Assembly: GCA_963668175.1 (NCBI GenBank)
Contig: OY764159.1
Location: 2,944,001-3,008,000, forward strand
Direction of reading: 5' to 3'
Source of the DNA: Syntrophales bacterium
GTDB lineage: Bacteria > Desulfobacterota > Syntrophia > Syntrophales > PHBD01
DNA: 64,000 nucleotides
In this document: piece after piece, positions 53,875 to 64,000 of the stretch
How positions within the stretch are numbered: the first letter of the stretch is position 1
Layout of the letters: each line of letters starts with the position of its first letter
Program-made: the position numbers and the translations under genes
The notes under the pieces: generated by a model
The model's database searches: none
What the model was told of the DNA's origin: nothing
What the model saw: only the letters and a program-made list of their open reading frames with translations

Positions 53875-54753
53875 ATGAAATCGCAACTCCTCTATTTCGC
53901 CTACGGTTCGAACCTCAACGAATCGGACCTGCGGGCATGGTGCCGGGACAACGGCCATCCCTATCCGCTGCTCGAAGTTTTCGCCAACGCATATCTTCCG
54001 GATATGCAGCTCGTCTTCAACTACAACTCCGAAACCAGGGGCGGCGGCGCCCTGAACATAAGACACCAGCTCGGTCACGTCACCCAGGGAACCCTTTTCC
54101 GGGTTTCCGTCGAAGGTCTGGCCGCTCTCGACGAAAAGGAAAACTCGCCCCGGATCTACAAACATCTCGACGTCAGCGCCCTCACGGAGGACGGCGCCGT
54201 TCACGACGCCATCACCTACCAGGTCCATACGGCCATGATCGAAGGAAATTTTGTGCGGCCCACGCCTGAGTACCTGGCTATCCTGAAGGAGGGATTCGCC
54301 GCCCGCGGCCTCAACCCCTGCATGCTCGAAGCCGTCGCCGAAAACGCCGAACCGCCGATGTGCATCGACAAGCTTTTCGTTTACGGGACCCTCATGGAAG
54401 GCGGACCGAGGCACCATATCCTCGAATCCTGGGGAGGATACAATGCAAAGATCCTCGGCAAGGCCCGGGGGACTCTTTACGATTCCGGCCGCGGCTTCCC
54501 GTGTATGGTTCCGGCCGAGGCGGAAGGCCATGTCGTCTACGGAGAGCTCTATCCCCTGGGAAACGTCAGGAAGGCCTTCGAAATGCTCGATATCGTAGAA
54601 GCCGTCAAGCGCTTCGGCGAAAGCGGCTCCTTCTTCCGGCGGGCCATCCTCCGCGTCGAGATGGACGACGGCTCCTCCGATCTGGCCTGGAGCTATCTTT
54701 CGGACATGGACGTCCGGGGCATGGCGAGGATCGAATCGGGCCGATGGCCCTGA
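53875..54753 (+). CDS. Tandem gamma-glutamylcyclotransferase-domain protein
   Basis: Two GGCT/AIG2 signatures: 'YFAYGSNL...LDEKE' and 'LFVYGTLM...LDIVE'. Confidence 0.8.
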   Translation: MKSQLLYFAYGSNLNESDLRAWCRDNGHPYPLLEVFANAYLPDMQLVFNYNSETRGGGALNIRHQLGHVTQGTLFRVSVEGLAALDEKENSPRIYKHLDVSALTEDGAVHDAITYQVHTAMIEGNFVRPTPEYLAILKEGFAARGLNPCMLEAVAENAEPPMCIDKLFVYGTLMEGGPRHHILESWGGYNAKILGKARGTLYDSGRGFPCMVPAEAEGHVVYGELYPLGNVRKAFEMLDIVEAVKRFGESGSFFRRAILRVEMDDGSSDLAWSYLSDMDVRGMARIESGRWP

Positions 54754-55034
54754 GACGCTTTGACACCCAGCAGGCTGGCGGCATTTTTGCCTGCGAAAAC
54801 GCTTGAAACACGGGAAATAACGGAACTTGACCCGCACCTGTTCCGTCCCGGCCGGCTTATTCCCCGCCGTCGCGCCACGCCGGTCACTCGCAGAATCAAC
54901 GGAAAGACATACCCGCAGGCATCAGCCTGCGTTGCGGCCCGGCGGAACATCCTTCCGTCGCCGACAGACTATACGGACCGAGCTGAGAACCGGCCCCGGT
55001 CGTTCTATTACTATAAAGGAGGTACAGGCGGTTC

Positions 55035-56720
<1,686 letters not shown>

Positions 56721-56758
56721 AGAGACGTCACGACTTGAAAGGAAGGTAGCGTACGGCC

Positions 56759-57313
56759 ATGACGAGAGACGACGCCCTGGCGTTATTGAAATCCTATGTG
56801 ACGAACGAACGGATGCTGGCCCACAGCCTGGCCTCGGAAGCCGTCCTGCGGGCCCTGGCCCGCAGGCTGGGGCAGGATGAGGAGAAGTGGGGCCTGGCGG
56901 GGCTCCTGCACGACATCGACATCGAGGCGACCGGCGGCGACCTGTCGCGTCACGCCCTCGCGGCGGAACCCATCCTTGCCGCAAAAGGCGTCGATCCGGA
57001 TATCATCGACGCCGTCAAAATGCACAACGAGGAGGCTGCGGGATCGCCGCGGACAACAGTCTTCCAGCATGCCCTGGCGGCGGGAGAGACGGTCACGGGG
57101 CTCATCACGGCCACCGCCATGGTCTATCCCGACAGGAAGGTCGCAAGCGTCAAGGCCAAGTCCGTCACCAAGCGGATGAAAGAGAAGGCCTTCGCCGCTT
57201 CCGTCAAACGGGAGAACATCATGGAGTGCGAGGCCATCGGCCTGCCCCTGGCCGAGTTCGTGGAAATCGCTTTGGCGGCGATGACGGAGATCGGCGATCA
57301 GCTCGGCCTCTAG
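56759..57313 (+). CDS. HDIG-domain metal-dependent hydrolase
   Basis: 'AHSLA', 'GLLHDID', 'KRMKEKAFAASVKRE'. Confidence 0.85.
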   Translation: MTRDDALALLKSYVTNERMLAHSLASEAVLRALARRLGQDEEKWGLAGLLHDIDIEATGGDLSRHALAAEPILAAKGVDPDIIDAVKMHNEEAAGSPRTTVFQHALAAGETVTGLITATAMVYPDRKVASVKAKSVTKRMKEKAFAASVKRENIMECEAIGLPLAEFVEIALAAMTEIGDQLGL

Positions 57314-57331
57314 TCGCGGCCGTTACATTGA

Positions 57332-59961
<2,630 letters not shown>

Positions 59962-60141
59962 TTTGTTCGGATTTCATATATAGAAACACTTGCATTTTCA
60001 AACAATAGTATGCTATAGTAATCTCTCTGTATTGCCTAAGGCCCTTTATATGAATGATATCGGGTCTTACGATCGGACGGCGTTGAAAGATATATGAAGA
60101 CAAGATAGCCTTCAACAGAAAAGAATATGAGGTAAAAGCCT

Positions 60142-61122
60142 ATGGAAAACGATTCTAAGAAAGCAGAGAAGCTCATGAGTGAACTCTCGGCCATTCATGA
60201 GAGGATCGCCGAATTGGAAAAGACAAACTTTGAACGAACTGAAATAGAAAGGGTCCTCCGGGACGACATCACGAAGCGTATGGATCTGGAAAAGCAATGG
60301 AAGAAGAGCGAGTTCATCATCAACAGCGCCAAGGAGCTGATGACGCTGATCAACAGGGATTATGTCTATGAAGCAGTCAACGACTCCTACTGCCGGGCCC
60401 ACGAACGGACCAGGGAAGAGATTATCGGCCGGACCATGGCGGATGTCTGGGGCGAGGAAAAATTCAAGAATATCATTAAGGTCTATTTCGATCAGTGCCT
60501 GGAAGGCAAGGAAGTCCATTACGAAGACTGGTTTGTCTTCCCCCATTCGGGACGCGGCTATTACGACGTGGCTTACTATCCCTTCCGACTGGAGGGCGAT
60601 GCGGTCACCCACGTGGTTGTAACCACTCACGATATTACGGCCCGGAAACTCGCGGAAGACGCCCTGAAGAAGAGCGAAGAGGAGCTGAAGGCCAACGCCC
60701 ACCGCCTCGAGGAGATGAACGACGCCCTGAAGCTTCTCGCGAAACGCCGCGAGGACGACAAGAAGGAATCGGAGACCAAGGTCCTGGCAAACGTCAGGGA
60801 GCTGGTCGTCCCCTATATCACCCGCTTGAAGAACACCGAGATGGATAAGACCCAGACGACCTACGTCGACATCATCGAATCGAACTTGAACGAGATCGTA
60901 TCCCCCCTGCTTCGCACCCTCTCCTCGCAGATGCTGAACTTCACGCCCAAGGAGATCCAGGTGGCCGCCCTCATTCGGGATGGAAAACCCACCAAGGAGA
61001 TCGCCAAGCTGATGCGCGTCTCGAAGGGCGCCATCGACATCCACCGGAACCACATCCGGACGAAGCTTGGGCTCAACAAGAAGAAGGCGAACCTGCGCTC
61101 CTACCTGCTGTCTCTGAAGTAG
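60142..61122 (+). CDS. PAS-domain LuxR-family transcriptional regulator
   Basis: PAS/PAC, coiled coil, C-terminal HTH 'FTPKEIQVA...GKPTKEIA...HRNHIRTKLGL'. Confidence 0.9.
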   Translation: MENDSKKAEKLMSELSAIHERIAELEKTNFERTEIERVLRDDITKRMDLEKQWKKSEFIINSAKELMTLINRDYVYEAVNDSYCRAHERTREEIIGRTMADVWGEEKFKNIIKVYFDQCLEGKEVHYEDWFVFPHSGRGYYDVAYYPFRLEGDAVTHVVVTTHDITARKLAEDALKKSEEELKANAHRLEEMNDALKLLAKRREDDKKESETKVLANVRELVVPYITRLKNTEMDKTQTTYVDIIESNLNEIVSPLLRTLSSQMLNFTPKEIQVAALIRDGKPTKEIAKLMRVSKGAIDIHRNHIRTKLGLNKKKANLRSYLLSLK

Positions 61123-61145
61123 CGATTCTTTATGAAAATATGAAT

Positions 61146-61186
61146 AAAAAAGGGGACTTTCGCAAGAAGTCCCCTTTTCCTTTTTA
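61146..61186. terminator. Bidirectional terminator
   Basis: AAAAAAGGGGACTT..AAGTCCCCTTTT between convergent genes. Confidence 0.8.
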
Positions 61187-61231
61187 TGATCGTCGCGATG
61201 CGGCGGACCGGCGGTCCATCGCTTATAATCG

Positions 61232-62413
61232 CTATCGGTATTCCTTTATTGTTTCCCGGAAGCCGTCCATGGCGTTGACGATCGTCTTGTCGTCGACGCA
61301 GTAGGCGATGCGGAAATGGCCCGGCCCGCCGAATCCGCTTCCCGGCACGGTGAGGATTCTTCTCTGCTGGAGGGCCCTGACGAAGGCCACGTCGTCGGCA
61401 ATGGGGGTTTTCGGGAAGAGGTAGAAGGCCCCCTTCGGCCTGTCGAACTCGTATCCCATGGAGGCCAGGCCGTCGCACAGGAGGTCGCGCTTTCTCTTGT
61501 ATTCCCCGACGTCCACCGTCACGCCCTGGAGCTTCGCGACGACCCGCTGCATGAGCGCCGGCGCGTTCACGAAGCCCAGGATGCGGTTACACAGGACGAG
61601 GCCGCCCATGACCGTTTCGACATCGTCGATGCCGGGACTGACGGCGGCGTAGCCGATACGCTCGCCCGGCAGGGCCAGGTTTTTCGAATAGGAGGTGCAA
61701 ACCAGGCTGTTCTTGTAAGCGGCCGGAATGCTGGGGACCTTGACGCCGTCGTAGACGATGTCGCTGTAAGGCTCGTCCGAGACGAGATAGATCGTCCGGC
61801 CGAACTCGGCGCTCTTCTTCTCAAGGAGCGCCGCCAGCGCTTTTATCGACGCCTCGTCGTAGACCTTGCCCGTGGGGTTGTTCGGCGTATTGATGAGGAC
61901 GACCTTGGTCTTGTCCGTTATCGCCTGCGCCATGCCGGAAAGATCGAGGGAGAAATCCGCCCGGGAGGGAACGAGGCGCACGGCGCCGCCCGCGTTGTCC
62001 ACGTAGAACCGGTATTCGACGAAGAAAGGCGTCGGGACGACGACCTCGTCGCCGGGATCGAGGAGGGTCTTCAGGATGATGTTCAGGGCCCCGCCGGCGC
62101 CGCAGGTCATGACGACATGCTCCGCCTTCATCGGCACGCCGTGGACGGAGGCCAGATAGGCGGCGACGGCGGCCCGGGTGTCGGGATAGCCCGCATTGGG
62201 CATATACCCGTGCATGCCTTGCGTATCCATTGCGGCGATCTCGCGGATTTTCTCCTTGACCGCAACGGGAGGGGGGACGTTCGGGTTCCCGAGGCTGAAG
62301 TCGTAGACGTTATCCGCCCCGTACTGCTTCGTGAGATTGATGCCTTCCTCGAACATCTTCCTGATCCAGGACGACTGGGAGATGAAACCGTTGATCTTGC
62401 TTGCGATGGCCAT
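61232..62413 (-). CDS. PLP-dependent class I aminotransferase (aspartate aminotransferase-like)
   Basis: 'SWIRKMFEEG', 'NTPNNPTG', 'SDEPY', 'SYSKNLALPGERIG'. Confidence 0.92.
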   Translation of the reverse strand: MAIASKINGFISQSSWIRKMFEEGINLTKQYGADNVYDFSLGNPNVPPPVAVKEKIREIAAMDTQGMHGYMPNAGYPDTRAAVAAYLASVHGVPMKAEHVVMTCGAGGALNIILKTLLDPGDEVVVPTPFFVEYRFYVDNAGGAVRLVPSRADFSLDLSGMAQAITDKTKVVLINTPNNPTGKVYDEASIKALAALLEKKSAEFGRTIYLVSDEPYSDIVYDGVKVPSIPAAYKNSLVCTSYSKNLALPGERIGYAAVSPGIDDVETVMGGLVLCNRILGFVNAPALMQRVVAKLQGVTVDVGEYKRKRDLLCDGLASMGYEFDRPKGAFYLFPKTPIADDVAFVRALQQRRILTVPGSGFGGPGHFRIAYCVDDKTIVNAMDGFRETIKEYR

Positions 62414-62655
62414 GGGTGGGCTCCTTCGGGATTTTTTGTCGTGCGGACCCCAGAGTCTTTATTCGACCGGGGACGTCCCTGCCGCAAAATAACGAAAATT
62501 ATCGCGGCCCGCCGCTGTCCGTATCCTCTACTGAAACTTCGTGCCGTTGTCAATCCTTTTGCTTTCAGCCGGCCCGCCGTTTCCCGGCCCCGCCGCGCCC
62601 TTGACAAAAGATGTGCGGAGGCATAATATAGTCCTAAAAAAGAGGCCCGAACACG

Positions 62656-62913
62656 ATGCCCATCTACGAATATCAATGCAAGAAGTGCTCTCAAGAGTTT
62701 GAAGTCCTCCTTCGCTCCGGCGACAAGGAATCGTCCCTGACCTGTCCCAAGTGCCAATCGAAGAAGATCAAGCGGCTGATGTCGTCCTTTGTCAGTAACG
62801 CCGTCAAGTCCCCCGGGGATTACCTCTCGGATTACGGCGGCGGTGCCGCCTCCTCCGGCGGTTCCGGCTGCGCGTCGTGCACGTCGTCGAACTGCGCCTC
62901 CTGCGGACACTGA
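62656..62913 (+). CDS. FmdB-family zinc ribbon protein
   Basis: 'MPIYEYQCKKC...CPKC'; Cys-rich tail; upstream TTGACA promoter at 62601. Confidence 0.88.
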   Translation: MPIYEYQCKKCSQEFEVLLRSGDKESSLTCPKCQSKKIKRLMSSFVSNAVKSPGDYLSDYGGGAASSGGSGCASCTSSNCASCGH

Positions 62914-63109
62914 ACGGTCCTCGAAACGGATTCGGCGGGGATCGCCACACCCGTTTTCAGCGCCGATATTTTGCCGTAAACAAGCCATAATTAAGATTGA
63001 TAAAAACCTTGCAATCCACTATATAGGTGCACAATTTGGAAGGCCGCCGGAAATGCGACCTCTTTCCCGCGCACTTTCCGAATGCACTATTGTGAAAGGA
63101 GTCTTGCAT

Positions 63110-63784
63110 ATGAACATCTTGATTTTTGGTCCCAACGGCAGCGGCAAGGGCACCCAGGGCGCGATCGTACAGAAGAAATTCGGCGTTCCCCATATCGAAA
63201 CCGGTGTCATCTTCAGGGAAAACATTAAGGGCGGCACGGATCTCGGCAAAAAAGCCAAGGCTTTTATCGACAAGGGCGAACTCGTCCCCGACGACATCAC
63301 GATCCCGATGATCCTGAACCGGCTCAAGCAGGACGACGCCAAGAAGGGCTGGCTCCTCGACGGATTCCCCCGCAACATGGTTCAGGCGCAGGCCCTCTGG
63401 GAGGCCCTCGAAAAAGAGAAGATGAAGCTCGACTACGTCATCGAGATCGTCCTCGACCGCGAAACCTCCAAGAAGAGGATCATGGGCCGCAGGCTTTGCG
63501 CCCAGGACAACAACCATCCCAACAACATCTTTATCGACGCCATCAAACCGGCCACGAAGGACGGCAAGCCGGTATGCCGCGTGTGCGGATGCGAAACGCT
63601 GACGACCCGCGCCGACGACCAGGACGAAGCCGCCATCGACAAGCGCCACGGCATCTACTACGACACGACCACGGGCACCCTGGCCGGCGTCAATTTCTAC
63701 AAGAACAAGGTAAAAGTCCTGGAAGTCGACGGCCTTCCCGGCGTAAAGGAAGTATCCGAGTCCCTGCTCAAAATGTTAAGCTAA
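63110..63784 (+). CDS. adk: Adenylate kinase (metal-binding LID type)
   Basis: 'GPNGSGKGTQG', 'GELVPD', 'LDGFPR'; LID C-x5-H-x19-C-x2-C; RBS AAAGGAG. Confidence 0.95.
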   Translation: MNILIFGPNGSGKGTQGAIVQKKFGVPHIETGVIFRENIKGGTDLGKKAKAFIDKGELVPDDITIPMILNRLKQDDAKKGWLLDGFPRNMVQAQALWEALEKEKMKLDYVIEIVLDRETSKKRIMGRRLCAQDNNHPNNIFIDAIKPATKDGKPVCRVCGCETLTTRADDQDEAAIDKRHGIYYDTTTGTLAGVNFYKNKVKVLEVDGLPGVKEVSESLLKMLS

Positions 63785-63814
63785 TGCAACGTAAGGTGCA
63801 CCATGTATAGACGG

Positions 63815-63848
63815 AAAAGCCCTCTTAGCGACGAAGAGGGCTTTTTTT
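63815..63848 (+). terminator. Intrinsic terminator after adk
   Basis: AAAAGCCCTCTT..AAGAGGGCTTTTTTT. Confidence 0.8.
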
Positions 63849-63931
63849 AACAAGGGTTGACGGCCGCGGGCGGCTTCCGCGCAAGGGAGCCGCCGGGCGG
63901 CAGCAGCAAAAAAGGAAAATAACGGCAGCAC

Positions 63932-64000
63932 ATGGACCATATTCGCAATTTCAGCATCATCGCCCATATCGACCACGGCAAGTCGACCCTCGCCGACCGT
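63932..64000 (+). CDS. lepA: Elongation factor 4, 5' fragment (runs off window)
   Basis: MDHIRNFSIIAHIDHGKSTLADR. Confidence 0.93.
   Translation, partial: MDHIRNFSIIAHIDHGKSTLADR

Overview
GC-rich bacterial chromosome segment, most likely from an anaerobic Desulfobacterota (Syntrophales-like). This is inferred from the xerC-hslVU-argBDFGH-lysA-dapAB gene order, the metal-binding LID adenylate kinase and EF-G2. Positions ~1-36.4 kb and ~50.6-64 kb are mostly housekeeping genes (class I adenylate cyclase, hrpA, pyrKD, partial mannose-family PTS, PMM/PGM, ferritin, arg/lys operon, miaB, fusA2, mog, ettA, ligA, adk, start of lepA). Positions ~36.5-50.5 kb are accessory. The most unusual feature is an integrase-free cassette array: the 3' end of an iron-sulfur flavoprotein gene occurs three times (the intact gene, a 153-bp copy and a 90-bp copy, all ending at the stop codon). 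Each copy is followed by opposite-strand cargo: two orphan genes, then a small peptide with a possible CxxU selenocysteine readthrough, then a Shedu (DUF4263) anti-phage nuclease. Further along are a Tat-exported QueG/reductive-dehalogenase-like Fe-S protein, a Cys-rich ECF sigma operon with a candidate ECF promoter, and two Tat-exported flavoenzymes with non-fumarate active sites. No rRNA, tRNA, CRISPR array or transposase was recognised. All product calls come from motif recognition by eye; no database searches were run.
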